Numbered from the stretch's first letter, positions 26,465 through 37,625 are shown. The stretch is 64,000 nt of DNA from Hydrogenophaga intermedia (GCA_943371055.1 CALRTJ020000013.1:33518-97517), one strand, 5' to 3'. The notes: generated by a model from the sequence alone, not told the origin. Numbers and translations: made by a program.

Positions 26465-28759
26465 TCAGTGCCCGAAGCCGATCGGCCGGCGTTGGCGCAC
26501 GCCCGGCTTGATCCGGTGCTCGCCTTCGAGCTGGGACAGGAATTCGTCGGGCGTGAAGGCCTGTCCCAGCAGGTCCACCTGGCGTGCCACCGCGGCGAAA
26601 TCGCCGGGCGTCAGGTCCTCCAGCGCGTCCAGGCGGGCGCCCATGCCAGGGTCCAGCGTGCCGGGGTCGCCGCCCAGGGCCTCGGCCACGAACATCGACC
26701 GGCGCTGCGCCGGCGTCAGCGGCTTGAAGCGGAACTTGAAGGTGAAGCGCCGCAGCGCGGCCTCGTCCAGCTCCTCGAAGAGGTTGGTGGTGCAGACGAA
26801 GATGCCGCCGAAGCGCTCCATGCCCTGCAGCATCTCGTTGACCTCGGTGACCTCGTAGGTGCGCTCGGCCAGCCGGCGGCTGCGCAGGAAGCTGTCGGCC
26901 TCGTCGAGCAGCAGCACCGCTTCCTCGGCCTGCGCCTCCTCGAACATGCGGGCCATCGCGGCCTCGGTCTCGCCGACGAACTTGCTGACCAGGTCGCTGG
27001 CCTGGCGCACCATCAGCGGCCGGCCCAGGGCCTGGGCGATGTGCTCGGCCAGGGCGGTCTTGCCGGTGCCGGGCGGGCCGTGGAAACACAGGGTGCCGTG
27101 GCCGCGGCGGCGCAGGGCCTCGACCACGGCCTCGACCGCGAAGCGGCTGTCCAGGTTCAGCAGCGACAGGTCCCAGCGGGTGACCACGCGGCGTTCAGGA
27201 TGGCGGCGCTCGCGCGTCCCCAGGGCCTTGTCGGCGTGGGCCAGCTGGCGCTCGATCAGGGCCTCGGCGCGGTGCGGCTCGCCCGCCAGCGCCGCGAACC
27301 GCACCGCGGTGCGGATCTGTGCCGGGGTCAGGGCCTTGCGGCTGCTGAGGCGAGAGACGAAGTCTGCGCTCACCTCGACCTCCGCCAGGGCGCGCCGCAC
27401 CAGGGCCTCGCGGGCGCCCGGCGGCGGGGCGGTGAGCTCCAGGTGGTACTGGAAGCGGCGGCGGAAGGCGGGGTCGATCTGGTCGATGCGGTTGGTCACC
27501 CACAGCACCGGCACCGGGTTGCTCTCGAGGATCTGGTTGACCCAGGCCTTGCCGTGCACGCTGGTGGGCCCGCCTTCTCCGCCCTCGAGCCGGGCCATCA
27601 GCTGGGCGGTGTCGGTGGGCAGGGAGGGAAAGACGTCCTCGACCTCGTCGAACAGCAGCGCCACCTGCGGGCTGCCGCTGAGGAAGACCTGGCTGATCTG
27701 CAGCGAGCGGTAGCGGTCGCGCCCGCCCAGGGCATGGCCCTCGCGGTCGGCGTACTCGACCTCGTAGAGCTCCAGCCCCACGCTCTGGGCGGCCACCCGT
27801 GCCAGCTCGGTCTTGCCGGTGCCGGGGGGGCCGTAGAGCAGGATGTTGACGCCTTTTTCGCGCCGGGCCACCGCGTTCTTCAGCAGGGTGGCGATCACGC
27901 CCAGGTCCTCGGCCACGTAAGCGAAGTCGGCCGGCGACAGGGGGCTGCGCTCGGCCGGGCGGGTGAACACCGCCATCAGCTCGGCCGGGCCCTGGTACTC
28001 GCGCATCAGCACCGGCGGCAACTGGTCCGAGACCTTCATCAGGTCGGCCAGGTCGGTGATGTTGTGCTCGGAAATCAGGTTCTCGACCATGCCGATGCGC
28101 TCCAGGCGCGAGCCTGCGCGCAGCGCGTCGGCGACTTCGCGCTCGTCCACGCCGGCCACCGCGGCCAGCATGGCGTGGGCCTCCTGGGCGCTGCTGACCT
28201 TGAACTCCACCAGCAGTCCCCGCAGCTCGCGCTGGTAGCGCGCCAGCGTGCCGTAAAGCAGCAGTGCGCGCTCGGCCGGGTTGAGCTGCAGCAGACCGGC
28301 CAGGGCGTCGATGTTGCGCTGCACCAGCGCGTGCTCGCGCTGCAGCGAGCGGCCCAGCCAGTCGCCGGTGGCGCGCAGCACCGTCAGCAGGTCCTTGGGC
28401 TCGTCCTTGAGGAAGTCGTCGAGGTAGAAGAACAGCGAGCCGTCCTCGTAGGGGCCGCGCCAGACGCCGTGGCGCTCGAGGAAGGCGGCGTCGGACAGGG
28501 TGTCATGGCCGCGCCAGGCGCTGTTGCGCGGGCAGCGCCGCGCCAGAAAGGCCCGCAGCCGCGCCAGCACCGCCGGCGGCCAGACCAGGTGCCGCCCCAC
28601 CAGCGCCAGCACGCTGCCCCAGTCGCGCCGCAGCGCGGCGCGCGGGCCCTGGGCCAGGGTGAGGGTGATCACGAAGTGGCTGCACAGACGGTCCAGCACC
28701 GGGGCGTCGGCCAGCCCCGGGGACTGCAGCAGCTTGGGGTCGCTGGCGCGCCGGACCAT
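26465..28759 (-). CDS. tandem AAA+ ATPase with an uncharacterised N-terminal domain of about 300 aa
   Basis: Two Walker A motifs (LLYGPPGTGKTELA and FHGPPGTGKTALA). Two Walker B motifs (LLFDEVED and LLLDEADSF). ATG chosen at 28759. Confidence 0.8.
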   Translation of the reverse strand: MVRRASDPKLLQSPGLADAPVLDRLCSHFVITLTLAQGPRAALRRDWGSVLALVGRHLVWPPAVLARLRAFLARRCPRNSAWRGHDTLSDAAFLERHGVWRGPYEDGSLFFYLDDFLKDEPKDLLTVLRATGDWLGRSLQREHALVQRNIDALAGLLQLNPAERALLLYGTLARYQRELRGLLVEFKVSSAQEAHAMLAAVAGVDEREVADALRAGSRLERIGMVENLISEHNITDLADLMKVSDQLPPVLMREYQGPAELMAVFTRPAERSPLSPADFAYVAEDLGVIATLLKNAVARREKGVNILLYGPPGTGKTELARVAAQSVGLELYEVEYADREGHALGGRDRYRSLQISQVFLSGSPQVALLFDEVEDVFPSLPTDTAQLMARLEGGEGGPTSVHGKAWVNQILESNPVPVLWVTNRIDQIDPAFRRRFQYHLELTAPPPGAREALVRRALAEVEVSADFVSRLSSRKALTPAQIRTAVRFAALAGEPHRAEALIERQLAHADKALGTRERRHPERRVVTRWDLSLLNLDSRFAVEAVVEALRRRGHGTLCFHGPPGTGKTALAEHIAQALGRPLMVRQASDLVSKFVGETEAAMARMFEEAQAEEAVLLLDEADSFLRSRRLAERTYEVTEVNEMLQGMERFGGIFVCTTNLFEELDEAALRRFTFKFRFKPLTPAQRRSMFVAEALGGDPGTLDPGMGARLDALEDLTPGDFAAVARQVDLLGQAFTPDEFLSQLEGEHRIKPGVRQRRPIGFGH

Positions 28760-28875
28760 CGTCGACACCTCCGGGAGCGGGGGCGGCCGGGTTGGCCGCG
28801 TCGCGCCGATCTTGGCAAAGCGCGTCGCCGGGGGCAAGTCCCGCCCCTGCCCGAGGGCGGGACTCGTTCACGGGC

Positions 28876-29139
28876 TCAGTGCAGGACCTGGGGCTGCCAG
28901 CCCTCGCCGGTGTAGCGGGCCAGGTGGGCGTCGATGTCGGCGGCGTCGACCTCGTCCTCTTCGGCCAGGGCCTGCACCTGCTCGGTGAACAGCCGGGCCA
29001 GCTCGCCCTCGAGGAAGATGCCGCGGCGCGCCGACTTGTCGACGATCTCGACCCCGTGCAGCGCATCGGCCCGGCCGGGTTCGGCGGGCAGGTCGACCTG
29101 CAGCACGGCGAAGCTGTCGGAGTTGTAGAGCACGTTCAT
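28876..29139 (-). CDS. DUF3567-family small protein
   Basis: AGGAGA RBS. MNVLYNSDSFAVLQV...EIVDKSARRGIFLEG...PQVLH matches my memory of the Burkholderiales DUF3567 pattern. It is only the last 87 aa of a 470-aa track ORF. Confidence 0.7.
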   Translation of the reverse strand: MNVLYNSDSFAVLQVDLPAEPGRADALHGVEIVDKSARRGIFLEGELARLFTEQVQALAEEDEVDAADIDAHLARYTGEGWQPQVLH

Positions 29140-29195
29140 GGCGATCTCCTGGGGGCTGGGCAGATGGGCCGCAGGTGGTGCGGGGCGGGGCGATT

Positions 29196-30281
29196 TCAAG
29201 GGCGTTCGTCCTCGGGGTCGGTCCGGGTCCAGAGCACCGGCTCGCCCCCCGGCACGCGCTGCCAGCGCCAGGCGCGTGGCCAGTGCGGTGGGTGGGGGTC
29301 CAGCCACAACTCGATGCGGTGATCGTAAGGCCGATCGGGCTCGCGCACCCAATGCCAGGCGGGATGGCCCTGCCAGGGGCGGGTGTCTTCGAGTCGCCAG
29401 TCCCAGGGCGCGAGCTCGCCATCGGCCCGCGCCACCGCCAGGCGCAGGGTGTCGCCCGCGGTCCAGCCGGGGCGCGCGGCCAGCACCGCCAGCAGCTGCG
29501 GCAGCCAGCTCAGGCCGTCCTGCGTGGCCGGCCACAGGGCCCAGGCCCGGCGGCTGCCCGAAAAGCTCACCAGGGCCCGCTCGCGCTGGAAATTGACGGC
29601 CCGGGCCGAGCGCCCACGGCCGCGCTCGAGCAGGCGCTCGGGCGCCAGGCCATCGGCGTCCAGGGCGCCTTCGCTGGACTGGTCCAGCAGGGAGCGCCCG
29701 TCCAGCGTGGCCAGCAAACGGCTGCGGTAGCGGCCGTCGGCCACCGACCAGTCCCACACGCCTTCGCCGGTCGCACCGCCGCGCTGCACCGTGAAGCGCC
29801 AGCGCGCCGGCGGGGGCACTCGGGTGGGGTAGCGCGGCGGGGCGGTGCGGGCGCCGTCCTCGTCCGCCGCCAGGGGCGCCGTGGCGGCGGAGGCTTCGGT
29901 GGCGGCGCCGGCGGGTGGGGGCGGCGTGTCGTCCTGGTGGCCGGCGGCGTCGGGCCGGGCCAGGGGGGGGCGCGGTGGCGACCGGGTGGGGGGCGGGCGG
30001 GTCGGCTCGGACCGGGGCGGTGGCGTCGGGCGGCGGGTGTCGGGCGTGGGGTTCGGATCCGTCACTGGCGTGGGCTCGGGCGTGGGCGCGGGTGGGGCCA
30101 GCAGCCGCCAGGCGGGGGCCGTGGGCGGGGCGTCCGGCCGGGTGCGGGTGCGCTGCAGGCCCGCCTGCCAGGCCCCGATCAGGCCCTGGTGCGCGGTCCA
30201 CACCGCCAGCAGCAGCGCGCCGCGCGCCAGGGCCCGCCGGGACGGGCGGGGCCAGGGGCGGTGGAGGACGGTCGCGGCCAT
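29196..30281 (-). CDS. hypothetical protein with N-terminal TM anchor, long Pro-rich linker and C-terminal globular domain (possibly DUF3108-like)
   Basis: The hydrophobic N-terminus is ALARGALLLAVW. About 120 aa of P/T/R/A-rich linker follow. The C-terminal domain of about 200 aa has W/R/D-rich conserved-looking blocks. The family call is from memory only. Confidence 0.5.
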   Translation of the reverse strand: MAATVLHRPWPRPSRRALARGALLLAVWTAHQGLIGAWQAGLQRTRTRPDAPPTAPAWRLLAPPAPTPEPTPVTDPNPTPDTRRPTPPPRSEPTRPPPTRSPPRPPLARPDAAGHQDDTPPPPAGAATEASAATAPLAADEDGARTAPPRYPTRVPPPARWRFTVQRGGATGEGVWDWSVADGRYRSRLLATLDGRSLLDQSSEGALDADGLAPERLLERGRGRSARAVNFQRERALVSFSGSRRAWALWPATQDGLSWLPQLLAVLAARPGWTAGDTLRLAVARADGELAPWDWRLEDTRPWQGHPAWHWVREPDRPYDHRIELWLDPHPPHWPRAWRWQRVPGGEPVLWTRTDPEDERP

Positions 30282-30340
30282 TGGACAATCGTGCCCGCCG
30301 GGCGCGGCCGGCGCCTCCCCACCTTCAGGTCTTTCCGCCC

Positions 30341-31192
30341 ATGAAACTCGCCACCTACAAGGACGGCTCGCGCGACGGCCAGCTGGTCGTCGTCTCGCGC
30401 GACCTCTCCACCGCCCACTACGCCACCGGCATCGCCACCCGCTTGCAGCAGGTGCTCGACGACTGGAACTTCCTGTCGCCCCAGCTCGAGGACCTGGCCA
30501 CCACGCTCAACCACGGCAAGGCGCGCCACACCTTCGCCTTCGACCCGGCGATGTGCATGGCGCCGCTGCCGCGGGTCCACACCCGCCTGGTGGCCGACCC
30601 GGCGGCCCGCGGCACCCCGCGCCTGCGCGCCGCAGCCGGCGCCGGCCTGCTGGGTGCGCGCGACGACTTCTGGCTGCCCGACCCGGCCGAGGGCGCCGAG
30701 CCCGCCCCGGGCCTGGCGGTGCTGACCGGTGACATCGCCGCCGGCGCGCCCCCGGCCCAGGCCCTGGAGGGCGTGCGCCTGCTGCTGCTGGCGGTCGAGT
30801 GGTCGCTGCCGGCCCGTGCCGAGGCGGCCGAGGTCGAGGCCTGGCCCACCGCCGGCTTCGGCGCGGTGGCCGTCACCCCGGACGAGCTGGGCGCCGACTG
30901 GTCGGGGGGGCGCGCACGGCTGACCCTGCAGCAGCGCCGCTCGGGCGGCCCGGTCCAGTCGGTGAGCGCCGCCGAGGGCCTGCACTTCCACTTCGGCCAG
31001 CTGCTGGCCGCCGCGGCGCGCACCCGACCCCTCGCCGCCGGCACCCTGCTGGGCAGTGGCGGCCTGTACCCGGCCGAGCTGCTGCCCGGCGCCGGCCTGC
31101 CCGCTGGCGGCGTGCTGCGCCTGGACGCCAAGGGCGCCGACGGCCACAGCGTCTTCGGCGTGCTGGAGCAGGGCGTCACCGAACCCCAATGA
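30341..31192 (+). CDS. fumarylacetoacetate hydrolase (FAH)-family protein, divergent or degenerate
   Basis: The N-terminus MKLATYKDGSRDGQLVVVSRDL and blocks AVTPDELG and FHFGQL are FAH-family-like. The central segment is low-complexity and lacks an obvious E-x-E metal motif. Confidence 0.65.
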   Translation: MKLATYKDGSRDGQLVVVSRDLSTAHYATGIATRLQQVLDDWNFLSPQLEDLATTLNHGKARHTFAFDPAMCMAPLPRVHTRLVADPAARGTPRLRAAAGAGLLGARDDFWLPDPAEGAEPAPGLAVLTGDIAAGAPPAQALEGVRLLLLAVEWSLPARAEAAEVEAWPTAGFGAVAVTPDELGADWSGGRARLTLQQRRSGGPVQSVSAAEGLHFHFGQLLAAAARTRPLAAGTLLGSGGLYPAELLPGAGLPAGGVLRLDAKGADGHSVFGVLEQGVTEPQ

Positions 31193-32160
31193 ACGCCGCC
31201 CTGCGACGCGCCGCGCGGGCGCTGCTGCTGACCGGCCTGGTCCTGCTGGGGCCGGCGCCGCGGGCCGCGCCCGCCTGCCCGCCCGAGGTCCGCGCACCCG
31301 CCGCGACCGCCACCACCCCGGCCCCCGACCGCGGCCTGCTGTGGTCCTACGAGAAGGACGGCCGCCGCGGCTGGCTGTTCGGCACCCTGCACGTGGCGCG
31401 GCCCGACTGGAGCCGCCCCGGCCCGGCCCTGAGCCGCGCGATGGCCCAGGCCGACCGCCTGGCGCTCGAGGTCGACCTGACCGACCCCGCGGTGGCCGCC
31501 GCCTGGGCCGCCCCGCAGCCGCCCGCGCCGGCCCTGCGGCCCGCCCTGGCCGCCCGGCTGGCGGCGCAGCGCCGCGCGGCCTGCGTGGACGAAGCCCTGG
31601 CCGACCAGCCCCCGGCGCTGCAGCTGGCCGCGCTGCTGACCCTGTCGGCCCGCCACGAGGGGCTGGACCCGGCCTGGGGCCTGGACCTGGTGCTGGCCCA
31701 GGCCTTCCATGGCGCCGGGCGGCCGGTGCTGTCGCTCGAGCGCGCCAGCGACCAGCTCGACCTGCTGCGCGAGGACAGCGACCCCGCCGCGCTCGAGACC
31801 GACCTGCGCGGCCTGGAGAACGGCCAGGCCCGGGCCACCCTGCGCCGCCTGGCCGAGGCCTGGGCCCGGGCCGACCGCCCGTTGCTCGAGGACTACCCCC
31901 GCTGGTGCCGCTGCGCCGACACCCCGGCCGACCGCGCCCGCCTGCAGCGCCTGCTGCAGGACCGCAACGCCGCCATGGCCGCCCGCCTGCAGGCCCTGCA
32001 CGCCGAAGGCGCCCAGCCCCTGGTGGCGGTGGGCGCGCTGCACCTGGTCGGCCCGCAGGGCCTGCCCGCGCTGCTGCAGGCGGCGGGCTTCACGGTGCAG
32101 GCGGTGGTGCCGGCGCCGCGGGCCGCTGCAGCGGGCGCACAATCGCCCCATTCCAAGTGA
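31189..32160 (+). CDS. TraB/GumN-family protein (periplasmic)
   Basis: A signal peptide is present. Blocks LLWSYEKDGRRGWLFGTLH and VAVGALHLVGPQGL are typical of TraB/GumN. The start overlaps the FAH stop codon (ATGA). Confidence 0.75.
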   Translation: MNAALRRAARALLLTGLVLLGPAPRAAPACPPEVRAPAATATTPAPDRGLLWSYEKDGRRGWLFGTLHVARPDWSRPGPALSRAMAQADRLALEVDLTDPAVAAAWAAPQPPAPALRPALAARLAAQRRAACVDEALADQPPALQLAALLTLSARHEGLDPAWGLDLVLAQAFHGAGRPVLSLERASDQLDLLREDSDPAALETDLRGLENGQARATLRRLAEAWARADRPLLEDYPRWCRCADTPADRARLQRLLQDRNAAMAARLQALHAEGAQPLVAVGALHLVGPQGLPALLQAAGFTVQAVVPAPRAAAAGAQSPHSK

Positions 32161-32176
32161 ACGCGAGGAGACGCGC

Positions 32177-32917
32177 ATGGCCAGTGCCACCGATTTCGCC
32201 AAGATGGTGCCCGGGTTCGAGTTCCTGCAGGGGCTGGTGAAGAACGCCGGCTCGGCGCTGCCGGGCATCGGACAGTGGGTGGCCCCGACGCTGAACCCCG
32301 AGGAGCTGGAAAAGCGCATCGAGGAGCTGCGCACCGTGCAGTTCTGGCTGGAGCAGAACGCCCGCATGCTCGGCGCCACCATCCAGGCGATGGAGGTCCA
32401 GAAGATGACCCTGTCGACCCTCAAGACCATGAACGTGTCGATGGGCGACCTGCGCGAGGCCATGGTGCTGAAGATGCCCGAGGCCGCGCTGCCCCCCGAG
32501 GACGAGGACGAGGACGAAGAGGACGAAGCCCCGCCCGCCGCCGCACCCAAGGCCAAGGCCGCGCCGCGCCGCAAGGCCGCCGCCGCAGCCCCCGAAGCCC
32601 CGCCCGCCGGCGTGGTGGACCCGATGCAGTGGTGGGGCGCGCTGACCAAGCAGTTCACCGAGCTGGCCGCCAACGCCATGAAGGACAGCGCCACCGACGC
32701 TGCCAAGAACCTGGCCGGGGCGATGGTCAAGCAGGGCATGGACGTGGCCGGCGAGACGATCAAGAAGGCCGTGGCCATGCCCGCCACCGTGGCCAAGACG
32801 GCCGCCAACGCCGCCGCGGGCGTGACGGCGGCGGCGGTCGGGGCGGCCACCGCGCCGGCCCGCAAGGCCGCGCCGCGCAAGGCCCCCGCGGCCGCCAAGA
32901 AGACCACGCGCCGCTGA
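32177..32917 (+). CDS. phaM: PhaM-family PHA-granule-associated regulatory protein
   Basis: The N-terminal FAKMVPGFEFLQ...WVAPTLNPEELEKRIEELRTVQFWLEQN pattern is PhaM-like. An acidic stretch follows, then an Ala/Lys/Pro-rich basic tail (histone-H1-like). Confidence 0.7.
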   Translation: MASATDFAKMVPGFEFLQGLVKNAGSALPGIGQWVAPTLNPEELEKRIEELRTVQFWLEQNARMLGATIQAMEVQKMTLSTLKTMNVSMGDLREAMVLKMPEAALPPEDEDEDEEDEAPPAAAPKAKAAPRRKAAAAAPEAPPAGVVDPMQWWGALTKQFTELAANAMKDSATDAAKNLAGAMVKQGMDVAGETIKKAVAMPATVAKTAANAAAGVTAAAVGAATAPARKAAPRKAPAAAKKTTRR

Positions 32918-32921
32918 GCCC

Positions 32922-34097
32922 ATGTCCCCCCCCGGCGCATTCCTGGCCGGCCATGCCGCCCACCCCGACCCGCACATGGCGCTGGCGCTGGCCGCCGCCC
33001 AGGTCGAGGCCCAGCGCGCCGCCCGGCCCGGCTGGGCCCCCACGCTGGGCCTGCTCTACCTGAGCGAGGACCACGCCAGCCAGGCCCCCGCCGTGCTGGC
33101 CGAAGCCGGCGAGCGCTGGCCTGGCGTGCACTGGGCCGGTTGCAGCGCCTGGGGCCTGGCCGCCGACGCCGCCGAATACCTGGACGAGCCCGCCCTGGTG
33201 CTGTGGCTGTCCGACCTGCCCGCCGCGCAGTGGCGCGGCTTTGACGGCCGCCACCCCCTGAACGACGACGCCGCGCGCTGCGCCCTGGTCCACGCCGACC
33301 CCGAAACCCCCGAGCTGGGCGAGCTGCTGCACGAGCTGGCCGGCCGCACCTCGGCGCAGTACCTGTTCGGCGGGCTGGTCAGCGCGCGGACCCGGCGCCT
33401 GCACTGGTCGGGCCGGACGGCGCTCGAAGGCGGGCTCTCGGGCGTGGCCTTCGGGCCCGGCATCGAGCTGTTCTCTCGCGTGACCCAGGGCTGCCAGCCG
33501 GTGGGGCCCACCCGCACCGTCACCGGCGCCGAGCGCCACGTGGTCACCCAGCTGGATGGCCAGCCCGCGCTGCCGCTGCTGCTGGACGACCTGGGCCTGT
33601 CGCTGGACCGCCCGCAGCAGGCCATGGCCGTGCTCGGCCAGACCCTGGTCGGCCTGACCGACGCCGGCGACGACGCGCTGGACCGGGGCGGTCAGTTCGG
33701 TGCCGACACCCGGGTGCGCCACCTGGTCGGCCTGGACCCGCGGCGCGAGGCCGTGGCCGTGGGCGCCGAGGTCCAGCCCGGCATGGCCCTGGCCTTCTGC
33801 GCCCGCCACGCCGAGGCCGCGCGGCGCGACCTGGTGCGCATCTGCGCCGAGCTGCGCGACGAGGTCGAGGGCGACGGCAGCGCGCCGCCGCGCCGCATCC
33901 TCGGGGCCCACTACGTCAGCTGCACCGGCCGCGGCGGCCCCCACTTCGGCGGTGACTCCGAAGAGCTGCGCATCATCCGCCACGCCCTGGGCGAGGTCCC
34001 GCTGGCCGGCTTCTATGCCGCCGGCGAGATCGCCCACCACCACCTCTACGGCTACACCGGCGTGCTCACCGTCTTCGTCGGCGAGGCCACCGCATGA
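32922..34097 (+). CDS. FIST N/C-domain signal-transduction protein
   Basis: The C-terminal GFYAAGEIAHHHLYGYTGVLTVF is a typical FIST_C ending. Length is about 390 aa. Confidence 0.8.
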   Translation: MSPPGAFLAGHAAHPDPHMALALAAAQVEAQRAARPGWAPTLGLLYLSEDHASQAPAVLAEAGERWPGVHWAGCSAWGLAADAAEYLDEPALVLWLSDLPAAQWRGFDGRHPLNDDAARCALVHADPETPELGELLHELAGRTSAQYLFGGLVSARTRRLHWSGRTALEGGLSGVAFGPGIELFSRVTQGCQPVGPTRTVTGAERHVVTQLDGQPALPLLLDDLGLSLDRPQQAMAVLGQTLVGLTDAGDDALDRGGQFGADTRVRHLVGLDPRREAVAVGAEVQPGMALAFCARHAEAARRDLVRICAELRDEVEGDGSAPPRRILGAHYVSCTGRGGPHFGGDSEELRIIRHALGEVPLAGFYAAGEIAHHHLYGYTGVLTVFVGEATA

Positions 34098-34117
34098 GTC
34101 CGGTGATCGTGGTCCAC

Positions 34118-34270
34118 GCCGCCCCAAGCCGGCCCGCGATCCCCCCGGGGGATCGGCGGCGGCACTGCGCCGACGAGGGGTTCACACGCCAGCGGGCCGA
34201 GCGCCGGGCCGCCCCAAGCCGGCCCGCGATCCCCTCGGGGGATCGGCGGCGGTACTCCGCCGACGAGGGG
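34118..34270. repeat. two direct copies of a 63-bp palindrome-containing intergenic repeat (REP-like)
   Basis: Copy 1 is 34118-34180 and copy 2 is 34208-34270, with 3 mismatches. Each contains cccgcgatcccc-N-cgggggatcggcgg. Confidence 0.85.
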
Positions 34271-34281
34271 CACCATCCATC

Positions 34282-35163
34282 ATGAGCAGAATCCCGCCGA
34301 TCCAGTGTCTGCAGGCCTTCGAGGCCCTGGCCCGCCTGCGCAGCGTGACCCAGGCCGCCGAGGAGCTGAGCGTCACCCCCAGCGCGGTCAGCCACCGCAT
34401 CCGCCAGCTCGAGGGGCAGGTGGGGTGCAAGCTGTTCAACCGCGACTTCGGCCTGACCACCGAGGGCCAGGCCTACCTGGGGCCGGTGCGCGTCGGCCTG
34501 GACGCGCTGGCCCAGCTGCCGGGCCAGCCCGGTGGCGAGCCCGGTGGCGTGCGCCTGCGCCTGGCGGTCACGCCCACGTTCTCGCGCCAGGTGCTGCTGC
34601 CGCGGCTCTCGCACTTCCGCCACGCCTACCCCGAGATCGAGCTGATCCTGCAGGTGGCGATCCCGCTGGCCGACATGAAGGCCGAGGAGGCCGACCTCGA
34701 GATCCGCTACGGCACCGGCCCCTATCCCGGCGTCGAGCAGATGCGGATCCTCAGCGACGAGGTCACGCCGGTCTGCAGCCCCGAGTACCTGCACGAGGCC
34801 GGCCCTTTCGGTGACTTCAGCTCCATCGCCGACATCCGCCGCGCCCGCCTGATCCGCAGCCCGCTGGACCCCTGGAGCACCTGGTTCCGCGCCCACGACA
34901 TCGCGCTGCCCGAGCCCCGGGTGGGGGCGCAGTTCAACGACGTCGGCCTGGTGCTGGACGCCGCGGCCGCCGGCTTCGGCGTCGCGCTGATGCGCCTGAA
35001 GCTGGGTACCACCTGGATCGACAGCGGCCGCCTGGTGCGGCTGTCGCCGCGCAGCGTGGCCTCGCCCCTCCACCATCACCTGTGCTGGCGGCCCGGGGCG
35101 ATGGAGCGCTGGGAGTGCGCCGCCTTCGCCGAGTGGCTGCGGGCCTCGCTGGTCCAGCCCTGA
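34282..35163 (+). CDS. LysR-family transcriptional regulator (GcvA-like)
   Basis: The N-terminal HTH is LQAFEALARLRSVTQAAEELSVTPSAVSHRIRQLE. A LysR substrate-binding domain follows. Confidence 0.9.
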   Translation: MSRIPPIQCLQAFEALARLRSVTQAAEELSVTPSAVSHRIRQLEGQVGCKLFNRDFGLTTEGQAYLGPVRVGLDALAQLPGQPGGEPGGVRLRLAVTPTFSRQVLLPRLSHFRHAYPEIELILQVAIPLADMKAEEADLEIRYGTGPYPGVEQMRILSDEVTPVCSPEYLHEAGPFGDFSSIADIRRARLIRSPLDPWSTWFRAHDIALPEPRVGAQFNDVGLVLDAAAAGFGVALMRLKLGTTWIDSGRLVRLSPRSVASPLHHHLCWRPGAMERWECAAFAEWLRASLVQP

Positions 35164-35207
35164 GCGCGCGGCGGCGACAGCGGGGCTGCGCCGGCGCCGC
35201 CCTCGGC

Positions 35208-35573
35208 TCAGCCGCCGATCTGCACATGCCGCCCGCGCGGCTCGTCGGGCGTGCCCTCCAGCGGCGATTCCGGTGCGGGGCGCCAGCACAGCACCTGCTC
35301 CAACAGGGCGGCCAGCGCGAAGTCCTTCTGGGTCAGGCCGCCGGCGCTGTGCGTGTGCAGCCGGATCTCCAGCCAGTCGAAGCCCAGGCGCAGCTCGGGG
35401 TGGTGCCAGGCGGCCTCGGCCAGATGGCCCGCCGCGTTGGCGGCCAGCAGTGTGGATTTCCAGCCGCTGGTGGCCAGGCGGCGGCACAGCCAGCCGTCGT
35501 GCACCTGCCAGTGCGGCAACTCGGTGGCGGCGCGGCGCGCGGCGTCGTCGGAGGTGATCAGGTCATCGGACAT
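35208..35573 (-). CDS. 4a-hydroxytetrahydrobiopterin dehydratase (pterin-4-alpha-carbinolamine dehydratase)-family protein
   Basis: 121 aa with the HHPE...W...L.THS pattern (AAWHHPELRLGFDWLEIRLHTHS) characteristic of PCD. Confidence 0.8.
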   Translation of the reverse strand: MSDDLITSDDAARRAATELPHWQVHDGWLCRRLATSGWKSTLLAANAAGHLAEAAWHHPELRLGFDWLEIRLHTHSAGGLTQKDFALAALLEQVLCWRPAPESPLEGTPDEPRGRHVQIGG

Positions 35574-35791
35574 GGGCGCGTTCCTGCTGTTGCGGCGGCC
35601 CGATCCTAGGGCGCCGGGCCCGCCCGCGAGGGGCTCAGGGGCAAGCCAGGGTTTACCCTGTTTTTGAAAAACCCTCATGTGGCGGCGCGGCAAGTTTCAG
35701 CCCGCGCCCGGGTCGGGGTCCCTACATTGCCCCTCCATTCGCGGCCCCTGCGGGGGCCGGTTCTCTTTCAAACACTCGGATGGAGACTCCC

Positions 35792-37453
<1,662 letters not shown>

Positions 37454-37625
37454 AGTCAATGCGGCTGTGACCGCCGTGCAGGCAAAGCCTGCGCCGCGGC
37501 GGCGTACAGTCCGATGCGAACGCCCCACCCGGGGCGTTCACCCGCTTTCGGCGGGTCACCCCAGCCCATGCGCGACGCCGCCGTGGCCTGGGGTGACCAG
37601 CCCCCTGACGGGGCCCAGGTGGACC

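Noticed and set aside
30418-32940. 840-aa minus-strand ORF, and similar long ORFs (28876-30288, 55251-56963, 52382-54145 upstream parts, 41139-43382)
   Set aside because: They are antisense or out of frame relative to recognisable genes, with Arg/Pro/Gly/Ala-rich translations. Where a real gene exists, only the portion with domain similarity and an RBS was kept (for example DUF3567 at 28876-29139 and the ABC ATPase at 52382-53152).
34052-34285. CRISPR-like array or small ORFs over the 63-bp repeats
   Set aside because: There are only two copies, and no cas genes are nearby. The repeat is itself palindromic (REP-like). The ORFs on both strands are simply translations of the repeat.
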